Assembly (NCBI GenBank): GCA_964247055.1
Contig: OZ176052.1
Location: 248,001 to 312,000 of the forward strand
Reading direction: 5' to 3'
DNA length: 64,000 bases
DNA from: Paragordius varius
Taxonomy: Eukaryota > Animalia > Nematomorpha
Shown: piece after piece, positions 38,528 through 49,475 of the stretch
Position numbering within the stretch: position 1 is the first letter of the stretch
Layout of the letters: each line of letters begins with the position of its first letter
Made by a program: the position numbers and the translations under genes
Notes under the pieces: generated by a model
Told to the model about the DNA's origin: nothing
The model's database searches: none
Seen by the model: only the letters and a program-made list of their open reading frames with translations

Positions 38528-41445
38528 GGGTGGGGTGATAAAAAAGTCGCACTTGACTTGTAAGCCAAGCGTGGCAAGTTGAGCAAGATTACTTAAGCCA
38601 GTAAGTGTACACTGGAAGATCGGTGATAAAAAAAACACTTAAGTCAAGTTTTTTGCTTATGAATGTAACTTTTTTTTTACCACCCAATTCAAATTATGCG
38701 GGGAATATTTTGAAAATTTACAACGAAATTTATTGATTTAGGCAACAAAAAAATAAACAACCAATACAATATGCATTTATTGAAGTTAAACTCAAAGTCA
38801 GGTATGTTAAAATTATAAATATTAAGATTTTTTAAAAATACAACCCGGTACCTATAATTTTTAGATGATGAAATTTTTCGCCCTTCAAACACTCTTATAT
38901 TATTTTACAACAAGTTTAACATAATACAGTTATAATACATATATAATTATAGCATATATCTTAATTATTCAATAAGCAATACCAGTCTCACGAAATAACA
39001 ATTGTACTTAAAAAATCTAACCAAAGGTTTAGGATAATTGAGGGGCGATATATAATATTGTATTTAACTCAAATCACGGAATAACAGGTGATATCTATAA
39101 AAAACAATTTACGTAAATCAAGTAAAAATATTTGTATATTAATATAGATTGTTGCACGTTAAAAAACGTATCTACTTTAATAGGACGTACCCTAAACAAT
39201 TTTGTCGTTATTAATCCTGTAGATTCATAAATTAAGGTTAATTTGTTTTTGAAAATACATTATATAACCTTAGACTATAGATTTTTAAAAATATCCTTCC
39301 ATTATTAAAATTTATGTTGTGTTTGTTATCTGATTACAGTAAACAAATGTACATGAACAATTTTAGAAACAGATCGGAGCGCAAAAAAATAGAGCTGCAA
39401 CATATGAAACGTTTGTTAAGTAATGATGAAAGCATCGATTTTATAACTTCACAAATTTTCCCTAATGATATTAATGAAAAAAGTAGTGGCGCACTTTCAC
39501 CCAGATCACCTGTGGAGATATTCCTCCGTTTAGCGACCCCGGGTTTCAGAGTTGGGCCGTTGATTTTGGTGTAGAACAATCCACCTTAGCTAAAACATAT
39601 CTAAAGTGGCGGGAAAAATCTGTGACATTGCTCATTACAAACTAAATTCATTGCATTCCACACCAAAGAGAGAGTAGTCATTGAAAGACTATTTGGTCAA
39701 CTCAAACGCCGGTTTCCATTATTGCATAATAAAATGAGACTCCGTCTGGATACCGCAATTAATATTATTGTAAGTTGCGCCGTTTTATATAACATGGCTT
39801 ATCGATCGTACTAATAATATTAATGATGATGAAGACAATGCGGATAGTGATAGTGCTCTGAGAGGAATCTCAGGGCGACAAAAACGAGATAATATAGTGA
39901 ATATATTAAACGCATATAATTTATTATAAATTCACATTGATTATAAATATAAAATAAATTGATAATGAATTAAAATTATTGAAGTTGGTATTTTTATAGA
40001 GGTAAAACTTCTTTTTGAAGCAGTAACACTTCATAATGTAATTCCAGAACTTTAAATTGCATGTTAGCTATCGTGTCTTGAGATATTTTCTTGCTTCTTG
40101 ATATATTATTTAATTGTAGGTGATTGGGGCACGGAGTACCTATAATATAAAATAAAGTTAACATTTTTTGTTACTTCTATACCTTTAATATCAAGTTTAA
40201 AATAAAAAATCGTAGTAACAATTGTAGTTTATATATAAATAAAAGGATTTTAACCTATAAGGAATAAATAATATAAAAAAATTAGGATGCATATGCAAAA
40301 TTAGAGTAATTATATAAATGCGGTATATCATAGAAGCGAAATCACACGTGGAATTTATAGTTTAAAAGATATTAAATATTATACGAATGCGGCATATTAG
40401 CACCTTCTCGAAAAGGGAAAAAGTTTCGAATATTTTTGGCGAAAATTAAATTTTTATTAAAAATATAAAATCGATAGTGCTTCTAGTCTAGGAAAAATTG
40501 ATTTAATTATTGAAAAATTTTAATCGATGCCAACTTGATTTTATAATTAAACTCAAAAAACATAAAAATGAATAAACCATGTTAACACAAAACTTATTAA
40601 ACTTAAATGCTCTAAAAAAATCGTATTAAACGAATAATTTATCTTTTAACATGATAAATAAGTATATACTTCGGTTAAAATCGTCTAAAATTTATATATG
40701 TTGTGCTTTAAAGAATGTTATTAAATACCAACTGAACCATTCATAAAAATATAAAGCATATAGCTGAAAAGACTTTATTATCATTTAATTACATACAAGT
40801 ATATTTACAAAATTATGCCTATAAGTCAACCCATATCCAAACAACAAATGGCTGTCATTGATGCATTCTGGTGTGAAAGGTAGCATGAGACGTTTTCTTT
40901 AAACATTAGCGACGTGGGTCTACTGCATCCTCTTGATAAACTTTGATGAAACTAAAAAACTTAACCCGGATTGGGATAGTTTCTATTAAATAAATTAAAA
41001 ACAAACTTGTGATTTTGCATATGTTCACTATAAGAGTTCACAGAAATTATAACAGGATACTTTAATTTCTATTTAAAAACATTTTATACAGTTTTTCCAA
41101 ACATTTTATTCTCTTCTGTATCCAACTATTTTGAATATGTAAAATTAGCCAAAATTATGAGATAAACAGATCAAAGGTTCTAATTACATATAAAACCTAA
41201 ATTATATACATAAAAAGTTACCAAAATATATTTTTCCAAGTTTTTGTATATGTCAAGTGTGCCCTATACCACACTTGCAATATCTTTAAGTTTTTCTTAA
41301 TCATATGATTTTTTATCACCTCCTGTTCAAGTTTTCTTGCTTGACTTAAGTGCCCTAATGTTAAATTTTTTTTATCACATGAAAGCAAGCCATGACTTGA
41401 AAAACTTGCAAGTCGAGTCAAAAAAATTTTTTTATCACCCCACCC
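38528..41445 (+). mobile_element. PIF/Harbinger DNA transposon, decayed (2918 bp)
   Basis: Perfect TIR GGGTGGGGTGATAAAAA; 3-bp TAT flanks (38525-38527 and 41446-41448); plus-strand transposase remnant and a convergent minus-strand coiled-coil ORF remnant at ~39970-40110. Confidence 0.85.
39314..39800 (+). pseudogene. Harbinger (DDE_Tnp_4-like) transposase remnant with the catalytic core deleted
   Basis: GALSPRS..EIFLR helix-turn-helix region, then HTKERVVIERLFGQLKRRFPLL...IIVSCAVLYNMA. Confidence 0.85.
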
Positions 41446-42720
41446 TATACAGCAAGCTGCATGTTTGCGTTTATAAGAAACTCCCATTTACATAATTCCG
41501 AAAATGGGACTTTCGGAGTTCACATCAAAAAATTAAATACCTATAATATTTTGCATTTTATTAGTTTATTATAAATTTTAGTGATATGTTTTGGAAGCAT
41601 TTATCTTTCATAAAAAAATTTTTTTACTAATATTTTTCGCGAATTTTGCCATTTTATGACCTGAAACTCTTGCCATAAAAGTGTAAACCATCTTAAACAC
41701 GTGTAACTCCTAAAACCAAAAACACCGTTCCTGATATATTCTATCGGAATATATAAAAAATAAAAATACTTTCTTTTGAAGACCAAATTAGCGATATATA
41801 TATATATATATATATATATTTCATCAGCTTATCTTATGATACAGGACAATGTTTGATAATCATATTTTAACTAAAATAGGTCTTAAAACAGTATTATAGT
41901 TAAAAGATTGAGCTCTGGGATATGTAACTTCCCTAATACATGGCGGAAAAAAAGTGAAAACGTCATAAAGTGCAAATTAATGCACAATTTATAAGGTTTA
42001 AATGCGCTGGCAAAATCAAACATAAAATTTATATATCTATATTTTGCAAAATAAAATTTCATGTTATAGCAATTATATATTTTTTTAACGTTAAATGCTG
42101 TTGTAGTACTTTACTCCACATCATGGTTTTATTTTTTAATTCTAAATTTCTTTTACAAATAATACATATTTTCACCATGCTTACACCATTTTTTTATTAT
42201 TTTCTTTGAATATTTAATTATTTAAATAATCACTATTATCCCTATTTTTATAATAAATTTATTGTTTCGCTAGATTTATTTTAAATTTTTCAAATATGTT
42301 CATGAGATACATCGTTGTAATATTTGTTTATATTTATTTTTAAACCATAAAAATTAAATTTTAATTTTTCTACGAATATTTTTTGAATTTTATTTTTTAT
42401 TACTACTTAATGATTATTCACTCAAGTATGTGTCATTTTGTTACCATATTTTACATGACAACTTATATTTTTTGGTCCATAATGTTATTTTTATTTTTGG
42501 AGATTTGGTTCCTGGTATAAACACAAAAGTGGCCTGATATCGATACACATTATAAAATTCTTTTAAACCTTTTTAATATGCACCACTCCTTCATAACTTT
42601 ATAATATTAAATTCACAACCTTATAACATTTTATAAACTTTTCAAATAATTTTTTTAATAAAATTTGTTAAAATTTTATCTGTTTGTAAAAAAGTTTCTA
42701 AATTGATTTTAATGATTGTG

Positions 42721-42872
42721 TTTGGGCCACTCCTGGAGGTACTGCAATACCAGGTTGACCCGATGGGGAGGGATAGGCAAGCCCAGAGCGTCTCCCCAAA
42801 ATCTCCAAAAATAAATTTAATATCATGGACCTCTTTAGACGTCGTATCAGATATTAAGCTGATAAGAACAGA
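42721..42872 (-). ncRNA. U2: U2 snRNA gene, 3' part (from nt ~40), separated from its 5' end by the retrotransposon
   Basis: Minus strand TCTGTTCTTATCAGCTTAATATCTGATACG...TTTATTTTTGGAG (Sm site)...CCTGGTATTGCAGTACCTCCAGG (stem-loop IV)...GGCCCAAA. Confidence 0.97.
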
Positions 42873-45800
42873 TTTTAATTTATTAATAAACAAAAAAAAA
42901 AAAATATATATATACATGTTTTAATATATGATTGTGGTTTGTATACAGGTAAATATGAAGAAATGCAATGCAAAGTTCACAATTTGATATGATTATATGT
43001 TAATGATTTTAATAAATGTTTATTATTTTAGTTTTTATTTTATGCTACTCTTTTACTAGTTCACCCAAAAAAAACTCCTCAGTGAGGAGAAAAAATTTGA
43101 AGGAAGGTGGGGTGAACTGGAAACCGAAGAAAAATCTCGAAGAGAGATTAAAAAACTTCGGAAGAAACCAAAGAAAAGGGGGCGCTGGAGGTTGTAGGCT
43201 CTTGGCTAGGAGCAGAAGTCGGGGTCAGAAAGGGGGGATTTGGTTGGGGCCGGATGGTTCCGGATTTGAATTCGTGCCACAATTCCGAGGACAGATGGAT
43301 GGTAGAACTAATCATGAGTCTGCGGAGGCGCGGAATATCGTTCGCACGGCATAATTTTTTTAGGACAAGGTCGTTAGGAGGATACCAAGCCCCAAGGGCT
43401 CCGACAATTAACGGTAAAACTTCGACAGTATCGTTTTCTTTTTCAAAAAAGGATATTAGGGGAGAGTATTTTGATATTTTCGCTTCATGGGAACGGGTCA
43501 GACTAGCAAACTGGTTTTCAAAAGGGACACTGGCGTCGATAATATATAAAGCATTAGAAGATTTCAATACCAAGTCAGGCTTTAAGGGGAAGGGGCGCAC
43601 AAATTCGTCTTCAAATAAAATTTCAAAACCGTATTTTAAGTTATTTTTGAGGAGGGTTAGAATTCGATTATGGCGGAATCTCCACGATTGGGAATATTGG
43701 AGGCAGTGGTTAAGGATATGGGGGAGGGTCTCTGGAAACTTACCACATCGCCGACAGGAAGGGTTTTTTTGTGAGCCTGGCCTACAGTTTATTGGGAGTA
43801 GGTTAAGTCGGGCACGGTGAATGAAATTCCAATCGCTAAAGGATGTATAAAGACCAGAAGAAAGGAAATGGGAACTGGCTTTGTGATGGTGGACAGCGTC
43901 AAGGACTTTACCTTGGCTGGGTGAGTTAAGAATTTCTTTTAGGTCTTCACTTTTTATTTGGGAGGAAATGGATTTTACGATGGCTTTCCGGGAGTTGGGG
44001 TCGATGCGAAAGTTGGAGCCTTCGATGAAAATAAGATTATCAGTAAAAACCCATTTTATGTTAAGACGCGAAGAGGCCAGTCTGGATATTGAAAAAATAT
44101 TGGAAACGCCAGATGCGGGCAGGTTAGAAACGCCGGATAGGAATTCGGATAGGTCAGCTTCATTAGGAGAAAGAGTTTTAAAGCGCTGGCTAACCGTGAG
44201 TTTGAGTTCCTCTTTTGCCATTTCTGCAATAAGGGGGTCGGGACTAGTTAGGATTTTGTATGTGGAATCTATTTTATAAATATCGCATAGCGAAGAAAGG
44301 CGATTGAAACCTAGTCCCCCGGATTTTGTGTCAATATAAAAGTAAGCAGTCGCTGCACCTTGGGGAAGTGAAGTCAATGATTTAAGGTTTGCGCGAAGGT
44401 GAGTGTCGATTGAGGAAAGGTCGGATTTTAGTACTGATCCCAGACGAAGTTTGTGATGGGTGGTTGGCATAATAAAAAGTTTTAAGGCGTCGCATTTTTG
44501 CCATGGGGTCAGGGAAGATGACATAATTTTGTCAATTAGAAGGTTAAAGTTAGAAAGTTTGTCTGGAGCTATCAGAAACCCAACAGGTTTTCCCAGAAAA
44601 TCATGGGGTTCACCATCGAGGAGGCATGGGATAGGGTGGTCGTCAATAGATAAATGAAGGGGGCGCAACCCGTTGGGATGGGGTTCGTAATTAAGGATTC
44701 GGGACTTTGATGGGTTAATTTTAATGCCAATAGAAGATAGAAAGGAGTTGGTAAGGGCAATTGCGCCTTTCAGAGAGTCGGGGCTATCAGTGATGATAGT
44801 TAAGTCGTCAGCGAAGGCCAAGCAGGAGGTGAGGGGACGATTGTTTAGGGCTACGATAATGGGGTTAATGCACAAATTAAAGATTAGGCCGGAAAGGGGG
44901 CACCCCTGCTTGATTCCTTTAAGATAGGGGATGGGGTCGGTGAGGTTTTTATCAATTAAAAATTGGGTTGAAGAATTAAGTAAAATAAAATTTAGAAGGC
45001 TTTCAAGAGGTGGGGGCAGGCCAAGGGACGATAAAAGTTGGGTGCAGACAGGCAGGGGAATCGAGTCGAAGGCGGCGGAAACGTCCAGCCATAGAAAGAT
45101 GGTCTGGTGGTTCGCTGTACGGGCCTTCGACAGGCGGTTGGAAATGTAATAATTATGTTCCAACACGCCGTCGAAGGGGGAAAACCCTTTTTGTTGGGGG
45201 GCGATAAGATTGTGGAGGGCTACGTGGTGGCTGAGGAATTTGTGGATAATTTTAGCGAAGATTCGATAAATTATATTAGAAATGGCGATGGGGCGAAAAT
45301 TGGAGGGGTCGGAAGTGTCGCCTTTTTTATGAATTAAAATGGAAAAAGATTGAAGCCATGCTTTGGGGACGGTTTGGAGTAGAAGGCATGTTTCAAAGAC
45401 CTTGGAAATAATCAGGAAGTTGGGGTCTATAAGGCGCCAATGAGAGGCGGACATACGGTCAGGGCCGGGTGTAGAATTTAAGCAGGCGTTGAGAGAGCTA
45501 CTTATTAACTCTTTAGAGAATTCTGGAAATGGCATGGTTGGAGGGGGAGTGATATTGGGTATAGAATCAGGAGTATAATCAGAGGGGCCAAACCGGTTTT
45601 TAAAAAAGGAGAAAACATCATTTAAGGAAGCACTGCACCTAGATGGATTGGGATCAATTATGGAGCGGATGGCTTTCTTTTTATTTTTATTATACAAGCG
45701 GCGGAGATTAGGTTGGGGCATGCCATGGGATATAGGGTTTTCGAGTTTGAGACTGACTCTTGCTTCAAAGATTAGTTCGTCGTACACAGAATTGAATTCC

Positions 45801-48474
45801 TGGGCATTTGTGACGGAGGAGAGACGTTCAATTAATTGAGAGAGTGACAATCTGATGTTGTTGTAGTCAGGTCTGTTAGATGGCCGACTAGAAGAATTGG
45901 TGGAGACTCTTGTGGGTTCATCAGGTGTATTATCAGCAGTAGGAGGGTGTTGATTGGTGGGGGGTAGTTGCTTGATATTCGTCTTTGTTCTCTTCATCGT
46001 ACGTTTGGGTGGTAAACGGCTGTTGTTTGGGAGGATTAGACTCATCAGAGGGATTGGATCTGCATTGGTTTGGTTATTATTGTTACGAATGGCGTGAGGA
46101 CTATCTGAGTTGTTTTTATTATTACTATTGTTGTGTTCTCGCCTGATGGTATTGAGTTTTTCTTGATGGTGGATAATACGCGGATACCTGTTGTTGGGGA
46201 CATCAGAATTGGTACGATTGTGGAAGTTATCATTAGGGGTGTCAACGTGGCTGTTATCTTTGTGTCCATTGGTTGTTTTGTTCACAGATAAAACCTCGTA
46301 TCGGTTGGTCAAATCAATCAAGGTTGGGTTGTTCGTGCGCCGTTTTAACCAAGCTGGAGAGTGTCTAGCTCTTTTAGCCGGTGGAGTTTTGGGTGAGGAT
46401 TGATTGTGTAAACTGGGAACTGATGTCATGAGACAAGGTTTAGGAGGACAGCTTGATGGATGGTTTTTGACGGGTGATGACATGTATGGAGATTCGCGAT
46501 ACTTGTAGAGAGGTGGAAGTGATAGACTCATGAGTGAGGGAATATTTCGTGGATTTCTTGGTGGGGTCATCATGAGATTATTAAAGGATGCTATTGGAAC
46601 TCGTTGGATTGGAGTAAAATTTTTTGAGGATTGGGGATTGCGAGTGACAAGTGGAGGATATTGACTGCGTGAGGAAGGTAGATGACCTAGATTGTGAGAT
46701 ATTCGTTGGCTGGGAGGGGTGTGAGCATGTGGAACCAAGTGCGATAAATTAGTCGGAGTGACTGAAAGTGAATTTGGAGAGTAGAGCTGGCGATTAGATG
46801 TTGTTGGAAGTTGTGAATTTAAGGCCTGGGCGTAGGTTGGTCTGGCGTTCGGAGGATGGGGACTCCATGGTATAAGAACGGGGGAACGCCTCAGTGGGGG
46901 TGACCAGTGAAAAGGGGCACGGGATATTAGTGGAGAGACTGGGTGGATACGCCAAGGTTGCTGCTGGGATTGTCGATTGAGGTAGCTGTTAAAACCGAGA
47001 GAAGCCTTTTTATGGGTGTAAGTATGGTTTGCCAAACCTTGATTGCTGGGGAAGGATTCAGGACAGAGACGGCATTTGAAAGGGTTATTAGAATTTTTTA
47101 ACATAACTCTATCCTTAAGACAGGGGTGGCGAGACGGTTTAGAAGATATATACTGTCTACAAAGCGAGCAGAATTTGAAAACTTTTGTGATAAAAATATT
47201 ATGATTTATTCTTAAATGGCGCAGAAGAGAGTGACGCGAGATGTACCATTCATGGCCCGAGAAAGATGCAGGGCATCCTGTTTCCGAGCAAAAAAACGTT
47301 TGGGGGATCGGGAATGAAATAAATAAAGAATTATTGTCTCTTTCCGGTTTGGACATTTGAGTAATTAAATTAAAATGGCATTAAGATAAATATGTATGTT
47401 GTGGGAAGGAGTCGGGGTAAGAATATCAAAAAAAAGGGGGAGATATGTGATAAAGTATAAAATATCCATTAAAAAAAAAAAAAATAAATTAAAATGAGCG
47501 ATATGTATAATTAGAGATTTAAAAATAAAGTGTGTACAGAAGATGGGTATATATAAAAATCAATAACAAAGGTGATTAAGTAGGAATTATAATAAAAAAA
47601 AGTAAGGAAAGTTAATAAAATATCATTTACCATAGATTAAAGAGCGTTATGTATACCATATAAAAGCAAGCTTATTGAAGAACCAAGTGATGGGTTGTGT
47701 AAATAAAATTTTGAATTCATTAGATTTCGGGCTTGAGTGTGTTACTATTTTCACGAAGAAATTTTCCGGATTGTATAGGAGGCAGATAAGACAGAAGTGT
47801 GACAACCAGGGATAAATTTTCAAGTAAATTAGTTAAGATTTCCACGAGTTTGCTTTTGGAGAGTTGAGAAAATGTAATAGGTGAGAGGTTAAAGATAAGA
47901 TTGGTAGGCTTTCCAAGTTAAAGTTGCGAGGATTAATTAATCTGGATTATATGAGATGCAGAAGATTGACAACCAGGGATCCGATGCAAAAAAGTGGAAT
48001 AAATTTAATGGAATTCGTTAAGATTTCCGCAAATATGCTGTTTTTAGAGGGAGTTGACAGAATGTGATAGGAGTAGGGTTGAAGATAAAATTGGTAAGTT
48101 TTCCAAGTTAAAGTTTTGAGAATTAATAAAATTAATTATGAAGCGAATTAAGACGGATATAACCAAACTAAAGAATATATGTTTAATAAAAATTTTCAAA
48201 GAAAATATAAAAAGTTTCGAAGGAATAACAAAGTTTCAAAAGGATAAACACAGAAGTAATAAACTTCCGCCTCCCAAATAATATCAGGAAGGGCGGAAGG
48301 ATGGGTCACGAGACCACGCGAAAAGTGTGTAGCTTATGCGATATAGCCGAAGGGAATTAGATGATGATTAGGATAAGGATCGATGATGTAATATGTATAG
48401 TGATTGGATTAAATGAGATATGATAATTTGAATTTAATAATATAATAGATGGATGTAATATAAAGAATTTGCTT
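42873..48474 (-). mobile_element. Full-length Utopia-like (U2-targeting, RLE-type) non-LTR retrotransposon, 5.6 kb
   Basis: Bounded exactly by U2 nt 1-37 and the U2 3' part; ~1.1-kb 5' UTR, single ORF, ~275-nt 3' UTR with A-rich end; no TSD. Confidence 0.95.
43148..47356 (-). CDS. Retrotransposon protein, 1402 aa: three N-terminal zinc fingers, low-complexity linker, RT, CCHC knuckle, RLE endonuclease
   Basis: CSETGC...H.RINH, CSLC...HPC, CRLC...HTYTH; TPGPD, NFRPIAI, QQKGF, WLDVSAAFD, KGIKQGCPLS, LAFADD; CRRCGKFPETLPHILNHC; RHN..KPDLV..IIDA..K..KY. No stops or frameshifts. Confidence 0.97.
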   Translation of the reverse strand: MSKPERDNNSLFISFPIPQTFFCSETGCPASFSGHEWYISRHSLLRHLRINHNIFITKVFKFCSLCRQYISSKPSRHPCLKDRVMLKNSNNPFKCRLCPESFPSNQGLANHTYTHKKASLGFNSYLNRQSQQQPWRIHPVSPLISRAPFHWSPPLRRSPVLIPWSPHPPNARPTYAQALNSQLPTTSNRQLYSPNSLSVTPTNLSHLVPHAHTPPSQRISHNLGHLPSSRSQYPPLVTRNPQSSKNFTPIQRVPIASFNNLMMTPPRNPRNIPSLMSLSLPPLYKYRESPYMSSPVKNHPSSCPPKPCLMTSVPSLHNQSSPKTPPAKRARHSPAWLKRRTNNPTLIDLTNRYEVLSVNKTTNGHKDNSHVDTPNDNFHNRTNSDVPNNRYPRIIHHQEKLNTIRREHNNSNNKNNSDSPHAIRNNNNQTNADPIPLMSLILPNNSRLPPKRTMKRTKTNIKQLPPTNQHPPTADNTPDEPTRVSTNSSSRPSNRPDYNNIRLSLSQLIERLSSVTNAQEFNSVYDELIFEARVSLKLENPISHGMPQPNLRRLYNKNKKKAIRSIIDPNPSRCSASLNDVFSFFKNRFGPSDYTPDSIPNITPPPTMPFPEFSKELISSSLNACLNSTPGPDRMSASHWRLIDPNFLIISKVFETCLLLQTVPKAWLQSFSILIHKKGDTSDPSNFRPIAISNIIYRIFAKIIHKFLSHHVALHNLIAPQQKGFSPFDGVLEHNYYISNRLSKARTANHQTIFLWLDVSAAFDSIPLPVCTQLLSSLGLPPPLESLLNFILLNSSTQFLIDKNLTDPIPYLKGIKQGCPLSGLIFNLCINPIIVALNNRPLTSCLAFADDLTIITDSPDSLKGAIALTNSFLSSIGIKINPSKSRILNYEPHPNGLRPLHLSIDDHPIPCLLDGEPHDFLGKPVGFLIAPDKLSNFNLLIDKIMSSSLTPWQKCDALKLFIMPTTHHKLRLGSVLKSDLSSIDTHLRANLKSLTSLPQGAATAYFYIDTKSGGLGFNRLSSLCDIYKIDSTYKILTSPDPLIAEMAKEELKLTVSQRFKTLSPNEADLSEFLSGVSNLPASGVSNIFSISRLASSRLNIKWVFTDNLIFIEGSNFRIDPNSRKAIVKSISSQIKSEDLKEILNSPSQGKVLDAVHHHKASSHFLSSGLYTSFSDWNFIHRARLNLLPINCRPGSQKNPSCRRCGKFPETLPHILNHCLQYSQSWRFRHNRILTLLKNNLKYGFEILFEDEFVRPFPLKPDLVLKSSNALYIIDASVPFENQFASLTRSHEAKISKYSPLISFFEKENDTVEVLPLIVGALGAWYPPNDLVLKKLCRANDIPRLRRLMISSTIHLSSELWHEFKSGTIRPQPNPPFLTPTSAPSQEPTTSSAPFSLVSSEVF

Positions 48475-48511
48475 CTACACTTTGATCTTAGCCAAGAGGC
48501 CGAGAAGCGAT
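48475..48511 (-). ncRNA. U2: U2 snRNA gene, 5' part (nt 1-37)
   Basis: Minus strand ATCGCTTCTCGGCCTCTTGGCTAAGATCAAAGTGTAG, the conserved U2 5' end running into the branch-point recognition sequence. Confidence 0.97.
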
Positions 48512-48550
48512 AACCACATACAAATTTTCATTCTTCAATATAAATTTATT

Positions 48551-48571
48551 TCCTTCCGGGAATCGAGACAT
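48551..48571 (-). promoter_or_regulatory. Candidate snRNA proximal sequence element (PSE)
   Basis: GC-richer TCGATTCCCGGAAGG at about -55 to -41 from U2 +1, the usual PSE position; only loose similarity to known PSE consensus. Confidence 0.3.
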
Positions 48572-49293
48572 TATTCTCACCTTTATATTCTTTTTTCGAA
48601 TTCAAATAGTTGGAAAAAGCATTTTTTTAGCTATCGAATGATACCAAATACTCTATATTTTGTTTCAAATTGTGATATTTTTACAATGTTGCTCTCACAT
48701 TTTCACCATTTTTATATAGATGCTTTCTATACACATTATATCCATTTGTTTTAGAATTTTGTTTGTATATATACATTATCTCTGTGTGTTAATATACCTG
48801 TATTTATTATATTATCCACATCCAGCATTATATATTGTAAATATCATACAATAAATTTATTATTATTATAATTCTATAAAAATGTTTTTGGGTTGATGAA
48901 TGGGAATTTAAATATAGAAAAAATCTTGACTAGGATATTAGAATAATTTCTTGTGTTTTTCAAATAAAACAATCTCCAAAGGAATATGTAATTTGCATCA
49001 ATTTTCTAAGGTAAAATAATATTTTATTATATATAACGATATATAAAAAAATTTATTTGTACTAATACAAGAATATAATGATAAATCGTAAATTTGATAA
49101 TGAGAGAAACAAAATTTGATACTGTTTTAGATTTAAAGCGCGAAGAATATAACTTTAAAATGGTGCATAATTAACTTGAAGAATAAGGCAGATCTCCAAT
49201 AGTAACCATTTAAGATAGATTCAAATTTGGAATTAAACGATATAAAATAACGGCGTAAAATTATGAATAATTGATTTCATAAAATCAAATATA

Positions 49294-49475
49294 CAGTAGC
49301 GTATGCAGTAAAAGATTGTTAGTGCAAAGTAATCTTAATGAACACAAAACAGGGGGACAATTTTCATATATTAATTATCATTCAGTCCTATTTATAAACA
49401 TATCCATAATATCCCCCTGTTATGTGTTCATTAAGATTATTTTGCACTAACAATCTTTTACTATATACGCTACTG
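49294..49475. mobile_element. Tc1/mariner-type MITE (182 bp)
   Basis: TA-CAGTAGCGTAT...ATACGCTACTG-TA with ~70-bp TIRs. Confidence 0.88.

Noticed and set aside
41821-41845. TCATCAGCTTATCTTATGATAC as another U2 fragment
   Set aside because: Too short and gapped, with no Sm site, stem IIb or adjacent retroelement end.
42642-42924. ORFs 42642-42917 and 42703-42924 (also 20747-20986 and 20896-21117) as small proteins
   Set aside because: They are chance translations across U2 snRNA sequence and its flank.
43254-46403. Plus-strand ORFs (e.g. 43254-43820, 43968-44279, 45107-45337) as genes
   Set aside because: Antisense shadows of the long retrotransposon ORF with no recognisable motifs.
42873-48474. 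Assignment to Keno (Tx1 clade), which also targets U2, or to rDNA-targeting R2
   Set aside because: The ORF has a C-terminal RLE and no APE domain, and the flanks are U2, not 28S rDNA.
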